The notes below the pieces were generated by a model, which saw nothing but the letters and a program-made list of their open reading frames with translations, was not told the origin of the DNA and did not search any database. DNA of 64,000 nucleotides from a virus, in the IMG/VR virus record IMGVR_UViG_3300044946_000428, positions 4,777 through 68,776 of that record. The stretch is one strand, 5' to 3'. The position numbers and the translations under genes are program-made. This document shows positions 7,805-16,242 of this stretch, in pieces (within the stretch, counting starts at the first letter, position 1; each line of letters opens with the position of its first letter).

Positions 7805-9217
7805 TCAGCCACGCTCTCCGACGTAGCCGGGTCCGACGCAGTACTGGTCGCCGTCCTCGGCGATCCAGCCCTGACTGACCGCAAGGTTGATCGCGTCCTC
7901 GAGGAGTCCGCGGTCCCGATGCGCGATCGCCATCCGGATCCCGTTGTACGTCAGGCCGCCGACACCGGCGTCCGCCACCTTGCGCGCCACGTTGCCCGCA
8001 ACCCGCATCTCGTTCGCCTCGGCACTGCGCTTGGCCTTGTGCTCCTGTACGGCAAGCTGGATCTTCTCCTTGGCCTGCTCATCCTTGGAGGCCTGCGCCT
8101 CGCGCTTGGCACGTGCAACGAGGGAATCGCGCACGAGGCACGAGGACTGCCAGGTCATCTCGGCAAGCTTCCAGTCCATGTCGTCGACCGCAAACCGGCC
8201 TTCAAGCAGCGCGAGCAGCGCCGCCATCTTCGCCATCATGAACCGGCGGTGCGCATCCAAAGGCTCGAGCACCAGGTCACCGTTGCCCAGCATGACGCGC
8301 TCACGCTTGATCAGATCCCGGACCTCCGGAGGGAACTCGACGTCGATGAAGTCCTTCGTGTTCTCGATCAGCGGGTGCAGCTTCAACTGCCCCGGATGGC
8401 GCGGCGCGTCGAACGGGATCGTGGGGTCCTCGGCCCAGGACCAGAAGAACCGCTGCGGCGTGCCGCCCCCGCCGTCGGCGAGCAGCTGCGTGACGGTGGT
8501 CGGCTGGTAGCCGACGACGAGGCCGAGGTTGTAGGTCTCCGGTGCGATGTACCGGTTGCGTTCTTCGGTGGCGTTGGTCTGCCCGAGTCCCTCGCCCATG
8601 GCGGCACTGCGCAGCGCCGTCATCAACGTCGAACCCTGGCGCCCGGCGAGCTGGGTGAGCTGCTCGCCCTCGTCGCAGTAGAAGAACACGTTGTTGCGGA
8701 CCTGCTTGCGCACCTTCGTCATGACCGGCTCGCCGCGCCGGGGACCGTTCTCGTAGACCTGGCAGGTCTCCTCGTCCACGGTCCCCATGAAGACCTCGGC
8801 CATACCCTCGCCGGATCCCAATGGGATGCCGTCGCGGAACTCCGGGTCACTGGCCGGGATCAGCCCGCGCGCCCCGGCCGCGCCGGAGGACTTGCCGGCG
8901 CCGGGATTGCCGACCAGGGCGACGTACAGGTTCATCGACCCTCGGCCGAAGATCCCGGTACGCATCTTGATCCGCCAGTTCAGCAGCCCGGACAGCCGCG
9001 CCATGGTCGTGTAGAACACGACGTCGCCCGAGCGGGCGTCGGCGTGCGCGGCATCCCGGATGTGCCTGAGGGTGTCGCGGGTCGCCCAGAACTCCTCAGG
9101 CAGCAGGCCCGGCCGGTCCTCGGCCTTCGGTGTGCCGTCGATGGGCTCGCTGCTGCGGGGGTCCTGTTCGGACCACGCGTCCTGATCCTCGGGCAGCCCG
9201 TCGTTGGTGATGGTCAC
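7805..9217 (-). CDS. P-loop NTPase, DUF3987/YfjI-like replicative helicase partner of prim-pol
   Basis: Walker A GNPGAGKS; Walker B-like FFYCDEGE; C-terminal wHTH-like region; GTG start overlapping the prim-pol TGA. Confidence 0.75.
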   Translation of the reverse strand: MTITNDGLPEDQDAWSEQDPRSSEPIDGTPKAEDRPGLLPEEFWATRDTLRHIRDAAHADARSGDVVFYTTMARLSGLLNWRIKMRTGIFGRGSMNLYVALVGNPGAGKSSGAAGARGLIPASDPEFRDGIPLGSGEGMAEVFMGTVDEETCQVYENGPRRGEPVMTKVRKQVRNNVFFYCDEGEQLTQLAGRQGSTLMTALRSAAMGEGLGQTNATEERNRYIAPETYNLGLVVGYQPTTVTQLLADGGGGTPQRFFWSWAEDPTIPFDAPRHPGQLKLHPLIENTKDFIDVEFPPEVRDLIKRERVMLGNGDLVLEPLDAHRRFMMAKMAALLALLEGRFAVDDMDWKLAEMTWQSSCLVRDSLVARAKREAQASKDEQAKEKIQLAVQEHKAKRSAEANEMRVAGNVARKVADAGVGGLTYNGIRMAIAHRDRGLLEDAINLAVSQGWIAEDGDQYCVGPGYVGERG

Positions 9218-10188
9218 CGCGATCCTCCGGCCTTGGCGAGGGCGCTGCGCCACGCCGCGTGGAACTCCTGGTCATAGCCGCGCTGGCTGACCGAATTGCG
9301 CGGTCGGCTCGCGCCCGCGTCGAACATCGCGTCGCGGGCGTCGATCTCGCTCACCAGGCCCTCCGCAACCAGGTGGGCAGCTGCGGTCGTCAGCCGGCAC
9401 AGGGCGTCGTGGCCGGTGTGCTCCGGCGCGCCCGCGAGCTCGTCCGCGAACTTGTCGAGCTGCTGATAACCCCAGTCCCGGCCTCGATCGGGCCGCGGCT
9501 CGCGGGGCTTGTGCGGCCGAGGCGGCTCCGGGAAGTGGCCCGTGACCTTCAGGTGGTGCAGTAGCCACTCGGGCGCCGGGCCCGGGTCCATTACGTCGGT
9601 GACGCGCCGGTAGCAGCCGCCCTTGACCGGAGTGCCCGGCGCGGGGATGTAGCCGTTGGACCCGCGGATGTCGACGAGCCAGCCGAACGAGCCGTCGGAA
9701 CTGTTCTTGATCCAGGTTCCGGCGGGGACGCGCCACGTGAGGTGCGCGCCGTCGCTCTTGGTGGACACGTGGAGGCAGTCGGCGGGCCACGGCGCGCTGT
9801 AGCGCTCGAGGATGAGCGCGAAGACGTCGGCGCCCTCGTTGACGCCGTCGATGTCCTTGTAGGCCTCGGGCTTGGGGCGTCGTTCCTTGTTGACGTCGAT
9901 GTCGACCGTGACCAGGTTCGACATGCCGTTGACGATGCCGAGGTTTGCGTCCGGGCGCCGGTCGAGCAGCCCGAGCACGTGGCCGAGGTTTGTGGACCCG
10001 GCCTGCCATCCGTGGCAGAACGCGGGTGGGTGCGGGCAGTCCTTGATGGCGTGCTGGCCGGGCGGGCACTGGCCGCAGTTGGCGAACGGCTTGCGCCGGT
10101 CGTCGATGAGGATCAGCCCGAATCCGAGGCCGATGAACGCCTCGGCGGCGCGGCGCTTACGAGGCACGTCAGTCAGCGTGGTGCTCAC
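9214..10188 (-). CDS. Bifunctional DNA primase/polymerase (Prim-Pol)
   Basis: ANLGI...LVTVDIDV, STKSDGAHL, VDIRGSNGYIPAPGT motifs; N-terminal C..C..H zinc site. Confidence 0.9.
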   Translation of the reverse strand: MSTTLTDVPRKRRAAEAFIGLGFGLILIDDRRKPFANCGQCPPGQHAIKDCPHPPAFCHGWQAGSTNLGHVLGLLDRRPDANLGIVNGMSNLVTVDIDVNKERRPKPEAYKDIDGVNEGADVFALILERYSAPWPADCLHVSTKSDGAHLTWRVPAGTWIKNSSDGSFGWLVDIRGSNGYIPAPGTPVKGGCYRRVTDVMDPGPAPEWLLHHLKVTGHFPEPPRPHKPREPRPDRGRDWGYQQLDKFADELAGAPEHTGHDALCRLTTAAAHLVAEGLVSEIDARDAMFDAGASRPRNSVSQRGYDQEFHAAWRSALAKAGGSR

Positions 10189-10358
10189 GGCATCCTCCTT
10201 GGTCCGCGCGAGAGGTGGGCTAGCTCACCTGGGTGATGGAACTGACGCTGTTCGGGGTACTGCACCAGTGCTGTTCGGCGATACCGTGTTGGTCTAGCAG
10301 GAGCGCGCGACGTTCTTGCAGGTGCAACGGCAGAACTACCTAGAGGAGTCTCAGATCC

Positions 10359-11114
10359 GTGACCGACGACACGCCGCTCTACCAGCAGATCGCCAACGAC
10401 CTTCGAAGAGGCGTCGGCGAGGGGAGATTCGATGCCAATGAAGGCAGGCTCCCCGGCGAGAAGGCTCTGGCCGAGCAATGGAACACGTCCACGGCAACCT
10501 CGAGCAAGGCTTTGAAGCTGCTCGAGCGTGAGGGTGTGATCGAGATCCGCAGGGGCGTCGGTGCTTTCACCCGACGCCGCAAGCCGATCATCCGCGATGC
10601 GAACGGCCGACTGTCCCGCGAGCAGTGGGGCGCGGGTAAGGCGATCTGGCAGTTCGACCTCGGCGACCACTACCCGGTGCCCGAGACTGCGGTCTACCGG
10701 GACGGCGAGGAGAAGGCGCCCAAGGTGCCGGACTTCGTACGAGCCACGCTTCAAGCCGATCGGTACCTGATCCGCGACCGCAGGTACACGGTCGAGGGCT
10801 GGCCGATCCAGGTTGCGACCTCGTTCTTCGATGCGGCAATTGCCGAGGGGACCGAGATCGCAAATCGCGACTCGGGTCCGGGTGGCGTGTACGCACGGCT
10901 CGCCGAGCTCGGGCATGAGCCGGTGGCTTTCCTTGAGCAGGTACGCAGCCGACTTCCGCTCGACGATGAGGCGAAGCGTCTGCGGATCACAACGGACAAG
11001 CCCGTTTCGGAGATCGTTCGCCAGGCGAAGACGGCTGCTGGCCGGGTCGTCGAGGTCAACGTCATGCTGTTGCTGGGCGACGCTTACGTGCTCCAATACG
11101 CCTTCTCCTCCTAA
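10359..11114 (+). CDS. GntR-family regulator with a UTRA domain (KorSA/TraR-like)
   Basis: PLYQQIANDLR....LPGEKALAEQW.TS..T...AL..L..EG.I..RRG.G; C-terminal UTRA-like domain. Confidence 0.92.
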   Translation: MTDDTPLYQQIANDLRRGVGEGRFDANEGRLPGEKALAEQWNTSTATSSKALKLLEREGVIEIRRGVGAFTRRRKPIIRDANGRLSREQWGAGKAIWQFDLGDHYPVPETAVYRDGEEKAPKVPDFVRATLQADRYLIRDRRYTVEGWPIQVATSFFDAAIAEGTEIANRDSGPGGVYARLAELGHEPVAFLEQVRSRLPLDDEAKRLRITTDKPVSEIVRQAKTAAGRVVEVNVMLLLGDAYVLQYAFSS

Positions 11115-11127
11115 CTCGCTCGCTTCC

Positions 11128-11161
11128 AAGCCCCCAACCGAGTCTCGGTTGGGGGCTTTTT
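11128..11161 (+). terminator. Intrinsic terminator after the GntR gene
   Basis: 15-bp stem AAGCCCCCAACCGAG/CTCGGTTGGGGGCTT followed by a T tract. Confidence 0.85.
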
Positions 11162-11180
11162 GATTACATGGACCATCCTA

Positions 11181-11233
11181 GAACCAGCTGGTTCCTCTTG
11201 ACAACCATATGGAGCACGCGCTGTACTAGCTAT
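11181..11233 (+). promoter_or_regulatory. Promoter of the rightward early operon with a palindromic operator; probably leaderless
   Basis: GAACCAGCTGGTTC palindrome 11181-11194; TTGACA 11198-11203; TGTACT 18 nt later, ending 7 nt before ATG 11234; no SD. Confidence 0.55.
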
Positions 11234-11485
11234 ATGACGACAGCGACCGACACCGCGGCGCCGGCACAGACCGACGAGTTCCTCACCGTCGGCGAGGTCG
11301 CCAAGCTGCTCCGGACCACCCCGATGACCATCTACACCGAGATCCACGAAGGGCGACTCGACGCGATCCGCGTCGGGCGCCGGACCTACCGGATCCCCGT
11401 GGAGTCCTACAACGCGTACAAGGAGGCGCAGCGCACCACGCCCCGCGCCGAGACCGGCCAGCTCGTCCCGGCCACCGCCGCGTAA
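11234..11485 (+). CDS. xis: Excisionase/MerR-like HTH DNA-binding protein
   Basis: EFLTVGEVAKLLR..PMTIY..I.EG.L.AIRVGRRTYRIP (HTH_17 excisionase consensus). Confidence 0.85.
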   Translation: MTTATDTAAPAQTDEFLTVGEVAKLLRTTPMTIYTEIHEGRLDAIRVGRRTYRIPVESYNAYKEAQRTTPRAETGQLVPATAA

Positions 11486-11557
11486 CCACAAGCCGCCGGG
11501 CCCCGGCCGCGACCGCACAACGGCCGGGGCCCGGCAACCAGCCAGCACCACCAGCAA

Positions 11558-11630
11558 GCCCTCGCTCCGGGTCGGGGGGCGCCGCGAACCTCCTCCTCGC
11601 GGCTCGGGTTCGAATCCCGAAGAGGGCACC
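11558..11630 (+). ncRNA. tRNA-like element, copy 1
   Basis: GCCCTC/GAGGGC acceptor-like stem plus ACC; T-arm TCGGG-TTCGAAT-CCCGA; middle hairpin GCCGCGA/TCGCGGC with a CCTCC loop. Confidence 0.65.
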
Positions 11631-11661
11631 TTGATCAGTCGGCTCGACGAAGGAGGAAGTC

Positions 11662-11907
11662 ATGCAGGTCTGGATCCTGATGGAAGGCGAGCTGTGCGAG
11701 GGCGGCACCGTCGAGGGCGTTTTCGCTTCCTGCGAGCTGGGCCACGGCGCGTTCGCGGAGCTCGCCATGAAGCTGTGCGGCTGGTCCGGGATCCGGGAGG
11801 CCGACGTGCGTGAGAACGGCGGCCTGTATTTGGAGGGCGGTCAAGTCTGGATCGAGCTGCGGCCGTTCGACGTGGTCGAGCAGTTGGCGATCGCGCCGGC
11901 CGCCTAG
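11662..11907 (+). CDS. Hypothetical protein (81 aa)
   Basis: GAAGGAGG SD; clean ORF. Confidence 0.75.
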   Translation: MQVWILMEGELCEGGTVEGVFASCELGHGAFAELAMKLCGWSGIREADVRENGGLYLEGGQVWIELRPFDVVEQLAIAPAA

Positions 11908-11980
11908 CGCTACCAGCACCATCCCGGGTTCCGGCGGCCATCTCCCCGGCAACCGGCACCCGGGCGCACAGCACCAGCAA

Positions 11981-12055
11981 GCCCTCGCTCCGGGTCGGGG
12001 AGCGCCGCGAACCTCCACTTCGCGGACGTGGGTTCAACTCCCACAGAGGGCACCA
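11981..12055 (+). ncRNA. tRNA-like element, copy 2 (ends ACCA)
   Basis: GCCCTC/GAGGGC plus ACCA; T-arm GTGGG-TTCAACT-CCCAC; CCGCGAA-CCTCCAC-TTCGCGG hairpin; compensatory changes relative to copy 1. Confidence 0.7.
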
Positions 12056-12085
12056 CGACCAGTCACTTCAACGAAGGAGGCAGCA

Positions 12086-12703
12086 ATGCAGTTCGAGCGC
12101 CGCACAATCACCCAGACCATCAAAGTCCCGACGAACACGGGCCGCACGGTCGACGAGCACACGAAGGCGTACCTGAACCGGTCGATGGACGTCATGGACT
12201 CCATGGGCATCGGCATGTGGCCGGCGATCGTGTCCGCGTCACAGTTGGGCGCCGACGACGAACTCCAGGAGATCCTCGGCGACGCCATGGTCGGCGACGA
12301 GTACGAGGACGGCGACGGCTACAGCCGCAACGGTCTGCGGCGCGTTGTGGACGACACGGACATCCCCGAGAAGCTGACCGCGTGGCGGGACGCCGCGGTG
12401 AAGGCGGCGCTTGAGGGCGCCGGACAGGCTGCGCGCCGGTCGGCCTTCACCTCAAGCACGCCGCTAGTCGCAACCGACGAGTGGGGCCGGCCGCGCTGCC
12501 AGCAGGTCGGCGTGTACGCGGACGTGGACGAGTTCTTCCAGTGCGCGATGGTCGCGGACCACGACGGCGACTGCGACCCGCTGCCGATCCAGCCGTCCGC
12601 CGATGAGGCCGAGCGGCTCCTCGCCGACGCGTACGTCACGATCCCGGTCGCGGATGCATCCGGCCTGGCCGCGCAGATGCAGCAGCCGAACAACGAGAAC
12701 TGA
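12086..12703 (+). CDS. Hypothetical protein (205 aa) with a C-terminal C...C..H..C zinc-like motif
   Basis: GAAGGAGG SD; MQFERRTITQ...; PRC...FFQCAMVADHDGDC. Confidence 0.75.
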   Translation: MQFERRTITQTIKVPTNTGRTVDEHTKAYLNRSMDVMDSMGIGMWPAIVSASQLGADDELQEILGDAMVGDEYEDGDGYSRNGLRRVVDDTDIPEKLTAWRDAAVKAALEGAGQAARRSAFTSSTPLVATDEWGRPRCQQVGVYADVDEFFQCAMVADHDGDCDPLPIQPSADEAERLLADAYVTIPVADASGLAAQMQQPNNEN

Positions 12704-12783
12704 CAGCAAGAAAGCCCGGCCGCTGTTGCACCCAGCGGCCGGGCGGTGTCCAGAGCCCCAGCAAGCAGCGAGAGGAACCAGAC

Positions 12784-13212
12784 ATGCAGCAGTCTACGGC
12801 CCGGCGCCGAGGCCATCTGGCGCTCGCCCCGGAACCCGGCGCCGTCGCCGGGATCCCGGTCCCCGGCAACCTGCCGGACGACCCGACCTACGCCTACCGG
12901 CTCGGCCGGATCGCGACGCTCACCGAGACGCTCGACGAGCAGACCCGGGCCGTGGCGAACTTCGACCGGTTCGAGTCGATGTCCTTCGCCGAGATCAGCA
13001 CGCTGATCGAAGTCCTGGGTTGGTTCGCGGACGCCAAGCGCCCGAGCCTGCACCTCGTGGACGAGCAGGGCGACATCGCCCCGATCGTGCAGGCCGCGGT
13101 CTCCGAGTTCCGCCCGGTCGACGAGCCGACCCGCCTGTTCGCCCAGTCCCGGGCCCGGCTGACCACGTTCGTGGAGAGCCACGTCGCGGCCGGTATCGGA
13201 GGGGTGTCGTGA
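12784..13212 (+). CDS. Hypothetical protein (142 aa)
   Basis: GAGAGGA SD; GC3-rich. Confidence 0.7.
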   Translation: MQQSTARRRGHLALAPEPGAVAGIPVPGNLPDDPTYAYRLGRIATLTETLDEQTRAVANFDRFESMSFAEISTLIEVLGWFADAKRPSLHLVDEQGDIAPIVQAAVSEFRPVDEPTRLFAQSRARLTTFVESHVAAGIGGVS

Positions 13213-13382
13213 AGACCGTCCTGCACATCGAACTCGACCTCGCCGGCGACCGTGCCGATGCCGCCGCCCGCGTGGACGCCCTGATCGCGGCGCTGACCGC
13301 GACCGCCCCGGGCCTCGGCGCCCGCATCGAGGCCACGCACGTCGACCGGCTCCGGCCGGTCACCGCGGGAGGCGCCCGATGA
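13209..13382 (+). CDS. Hypothetical protein (57 aa)
   Basis: GTGA coupling; VKTVLHIELDL... Confidence 0.6.
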   Translation: MKTVLHIELDLAGDRADAAARVDALIAALTATAPGLGARIEATHVDRLRPVTAGGAR

Positions 13383-13573
13383 ACGCCGCCGTCCTCGACC
13401 CGCGTGCCGCGACCGCGGCCGCCATCGCCCGGTCCCAGATGCCGTGGGACGCGGCCCTCGACGGCACCAGCCCGCACCCGCGGGCCGTCAAGGACATCGC
13501 CCGCAGCCGGTTCAACCTCGTCCTGACCGACGACGAGACCCGCGCGGCGATCAAGGCGGCGATGAGCGAATGA
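13379..13573 (+). CDS. Hypothetical protein (64 aa)
   Basis: ATGA coupling; GGGAGG SD. Confidence 0.65.
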   Translation: MNAAVLDPRAATAAAIARSQMPWDAALDGTSPHPRAVKDIARSRFNLVLTDDETRAAIKAAMSE

Positions 13574-13848
13574 GCCACCTGAGCCAGGCCGCGATCCTCA
13601 ACGAGATCCTCAACGGGAAGACCGACCGGGCCACCCTCGCCGCGCTCGTGCGCGAGTACGCGCGCCTCGAGGCCCAGCCCGTCACCGCCGGGACCCGGGT
13701 CCGCACCCCGTGGGGCATCGGCACCGTCCAGTACCCCGACGCCGTCCCGGTCCGGTTCGACGCCGCCGTGGCGCAGCCGCCCGTGAAAATCGGGCTCGTG
13801 CCGGTCGGGCAGCTCGAGTTCATCGAGAACGGGCGGGTCACGCCATGA
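13570..13848 (+). CDS. Hypothetical protein (92 aa) with an SH3-like C-terminus
   Basis: ATGA coupling; AGTRVRTPWGIGTV motif. Confidence 0.6.
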   Translation: MSHLSQAAILNEILNGKTDRATLAALVREYARLEAQPVTAGTRVRTPWGIGTVQYPDAVPVRFDAAVAQPPVKIGLVPVGQLEFIENGRVTP

Positions 13849-14252
13849 CCGTCATGCTCGACGCCCCGGCCGTCCAGGCCGCCCCGCCCGCGGCGCTCGT
13901 GTTCGACCCGGCCACCCCCGCCTCGGTCCCGGCCGCCCGGCACTGGACCCGCCAGGTCCTCGGCCTCGGTCCCGGCAGCGACATCGAGATCCTCGTGTCC
14001 GAACTCGTCGGCAACGCCGTCGTGCACGGCGGGCCGCGCGTCGAGCTCGACCTGCGCTACACGGACGGCGGCATCGAGATCACCGTCACCGACAGCGGGA
14101 CCCGCACCGCCCCGCGCGACCACCGGCCCGACGGCGAGCACGGACTCGGACTGATCATCGCCCGCGCGCTCGCCGCGCACCTCACCGTCGAGCACGTCCC
14201 CGACGGCCGCGCCGCCCGCGCGGTCCTGCATACGCCCGGAGGTGCGCGGTGA
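13845..14252 (+). CDS. Stand-alone GHKL/HATPase_c protein (RsbW-like anti-sigma factor/kinase)
   Basis: SVPAARHW...ILVSELVGNAVVHG...I.VTDSG...GEHGLGL.I..AL. Confidence 0.85.
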   Translation: MTVMLDAPAVQAAPPAALVFDPATPASVPAARHWTRQVLGLGPGSDIEILVSELVGNAVVHGGPRVELDLRYTDGGIEITVTDSGTRTAPRDHRPDGEHGLGLIIARALAAHLTVEHVPDGRAARAVLHTPGGAR

Positions 14253-14449
14253 AGACCCCGATCGTGGGCGTGGTCAACGGCACCCCCGTGCACGGACCCG
14301 ACGCCCAGACCCTCACCGAGTGGGCGCTCCGGGCGCACCTCGAGACGTGCAGCGCGTGTCGGCACGAGGCGTGCCCGATTGGGATGCACCTCGAGGCCGC
14401 GAGCCGCCCTGATCGCAGCTGGATTCCCGACCCCAGGACAGGAGACTGA
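14249..14449 (+). CDS. Small protein with an H..C..C....C..G..L zinc motif
   Basis: HLETCSACRHEACPIG; GTGA coupling. Confidence 0.6.
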   Translation: MKTPIVGVVNGTPVHGPDAQTLTEWALRAHLETCSACRHEACPIGMHLEAASRPDRSWIPDPRTGD

Positions 14450-14451
14450 CC

Positions 14452-14820
14452 ATGACCACCACCACGCCCAACGCCAGCGTCGAGGACATCCTCTACGCGC
14501 TGCAGTACGCCGACAACGAGGGCACCGCCCTCGACGACTGGACCTACAAGACCATCGCCGAGGACCGCGCCAAGCGACTCGAGGCCGCCGCAACTCTGAT
14601 CACACTCGACCGGGCCGCGCACAACCGCGTCCAGGACGGCTACCGCGGCGGCGACGCCGTGTTCGAACTCACCGACCACATCATCGAGTTCGACAAGGAG
14701 CACGGCACCACCCGCGGACCGGTACCGGCCGACGACCCGCACTGGAACGTCCCCGGCGGCACGGAGGCGTACGTCCTGCAGGAGTGGGACGCGGCCAACA
14801 CGGCGACGGCAGCGGCCTGA
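14452..14820 (+). CDS. Hypothetical protein (122 aa)
   Basis: AGGAGA SD; acidic, GC3-rich. Confidence 0.7.
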   Translation: MTTTTPNASVEDILYALQYADNEGTALDDWTYKTIAEDRAKRLEAAATLITLDRAAHNRVQDGYRGGDAVFELTDHIIEFDKEHGTTRGPVPADDPHWNVPGGTEAYVLQEWDAANTATAAA

Positions 14821-14822
14821 TC

Positions 14823-14996
14823 ATGAGCCTGCTGCCCGGGCTCAAGCTCGACTGGCGCTCAGGGCGCGGCGCCGACCTTGACGTCACCGAACGCGTCGGA
14901 CCGCTGCGCGCCTGGAAGGCGATCCCGCTCACCGGCCGCACCAAGACCGGCAAGCGCCGCAAGCCCCGCAAGGGCGCCAGCATCCGGATCTTCTGA
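14823..14996 (+). CDS. Small basic protein (57 aa)
   Basis: MSLLPGLKLDWR...KGASIRIF, 2 nt after the previous stop. Confidence 0.5.
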   Translation: MSLLPGLKLDWRSGRGADLDVTERVGPLRAWKAIPLTGRTKTGKRRKPRKGASIRIF

Positions 14997-15065
14997 CCGA
15001 CCAGGTGCCGAAGCGCACCCGAGAGGGCAAGCCACGGCGCCGCAGACCCGAGAGAGGACCGCGCA

Positions 15066-15416
15066 ATGTCAAAGAGCGACAAGACCTACGACGTCACCGT
15101 CTACCGCACCGACGGCACCACCACCCGCGAGAACGTCGCCAACGACGAGGCCCGCGAACTTCGGGACGCCGGTGGGCGCGGCCAACCGGCCGGGCCCGAC
15201 ACGAAGGAGAACACGGCCATGGGCATTCTCAAGACCGCCAAGTGGGCGCTGAGCACGAAGGACGAGCGGCGCTTGAGCGAGGTGCGCGAGCATAAGGGCC
15301 GCAAGCCCGCGGGCGGGCGGCGCGACAGGGACGTCGACTACACGAACGGGTTCATCGTCAGCGGCAAGGGCCAGGGCACCTCTTACGTCCTCGCCACGCG
15401 CCGCAACGGACGCTGA
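15066..15416 (+). CDS. Fused ORF: MSKSDK... module reading through a repeat remnant into a 65-aa MGILKT... gene (own start at 15219)
   Basis: Internal GCGGCCAACCGGCC repeat and AAGGAGA SD before ATG 15219. Confidence 0.6.
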   Translation: MSKSDKTYDVTVYRTDGTTTRENVANDEARELRDAGGRGQPAGPDTKENTAMGILKTAKWALSTKDERRLSEVREHKGRKPAGGRRDRDVDYTNGFIVSGKGQGTSYVLATRRNGR

Positions 15417-15517
15417 CCGCCCGGCGGGCCACGATCGCCGGCGGCCCTGAGCTCTCCCCAGGACCGCCGGTCCGCGCGGCCAACCGGCCGGGACCACAAC
15501 TGCACGGAGGGAATCCC

Positions 15518-15703
15518 ATGGGCCTTTTCAGCCGGAACGCCGAGGTCAGCCAGGCGCGCGCCGAGTACCGGGAGGCGAACGCCGCGCAGCAGGAGTACGC
15601 GCGCACCAGCGGCAACCGCGACGAGAACGACGCGACGTACCTCCAGCTCAACGACCGCACGAACGAGACGCTGCACGCACTCAAGGACGCCAAGAAGCGC
15701 TGA
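15518..15703 (+). CDS. Microprotein (61 aa), cassette in the repeat array
   Basis: GGAGGGA SD; MGLFSRN...DAKKR. Confidence 0.75.
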   Translation: MGLFSRNAEVSQARAEYREANAAQQEYARTSGNRDENDATYLQLNDRTNETLHALKDAKKR

Positions 15704-15806
15704 CCGGGCGGGCCGCGCCTGCCGACAGCCCCCGGCTCAGGGGCCTGCCGGTGGGAGCGGCCAACCGGCCACAGCAAAACCTCAGCTCGCAAAGGAGATC
15801 AGCACC

Positions 15807-15974
15807 ATGGCGAAGAAGGAATGGACCGACGCGGAACGCTGGGAGATCGTCAAGGAGTCCATGGACCACTCCCGCTATTACGAGTCCATCGGAGACCGCA
15901 AGAACCGCGACCTGTACAGCGAGAGCGCGAATCGAGTGCTCGACTCCATGGAGAAGGGCCGCGGGAGCAAGTAG
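15807..15974 (+). CDS. Microprotein (55 aa), cassette in the repeat array
   Basis: AAAGGAGA SD; MAKKEWTDAERWEIVKE...GRGSK, translated manually (below the track cutoff). Confidence 0.75.
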   Translation: MAKKEWTDAERWEIVKESMDHSRYYESIGDRKNRDLYSESANRVLDSMEKGRGSK

Positions 15975-16068
15975 CCCGACGGGTCACGCCTGCCGACAGT
16001 CCACAGCTCAGGGGCCTGTCGGCTCGCGCGGCCAACCGGCCGAGACCAATCCGAGAAAGGTAAACACC

Positions 16069-16242
16069 ATGGGCAAGGTCGAGATCAACGGGGACGTCAC
16101 CGGATCGAACGTCCAGATCATCACCGCCAACGGCACCGTCGCCATCAACGGCCGCGAGATCCCCGACGGCACCTATCAGTCCGGGGACTCGACCGTCACG
16201 GTCGACACCGGCCGCGACGCCGGCAACGGCAAGCGTCGCTGA
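16069..16242 (+). CDS. Microprotein (57 aa, beta-rich), cassette in the repeat array
   Basis: GAAAGG SD; MGKVEINGDVTG...GKRR. Confidence 0.7.
   Translation: MGKVEINGDVTGSNVQIITANGTVAINGREIPDGTYQSGDSTVTVDTGRDAGNGKRR

Noticed and set aside
11558-12055. Annotation as canonical tRNA-Gly(TCC) genes
   Set aside because: They lack the U8/A9 linker, U33 and a standard D-loop, and have an over-long anticodon stem; kept as tRNA-like ncRNA
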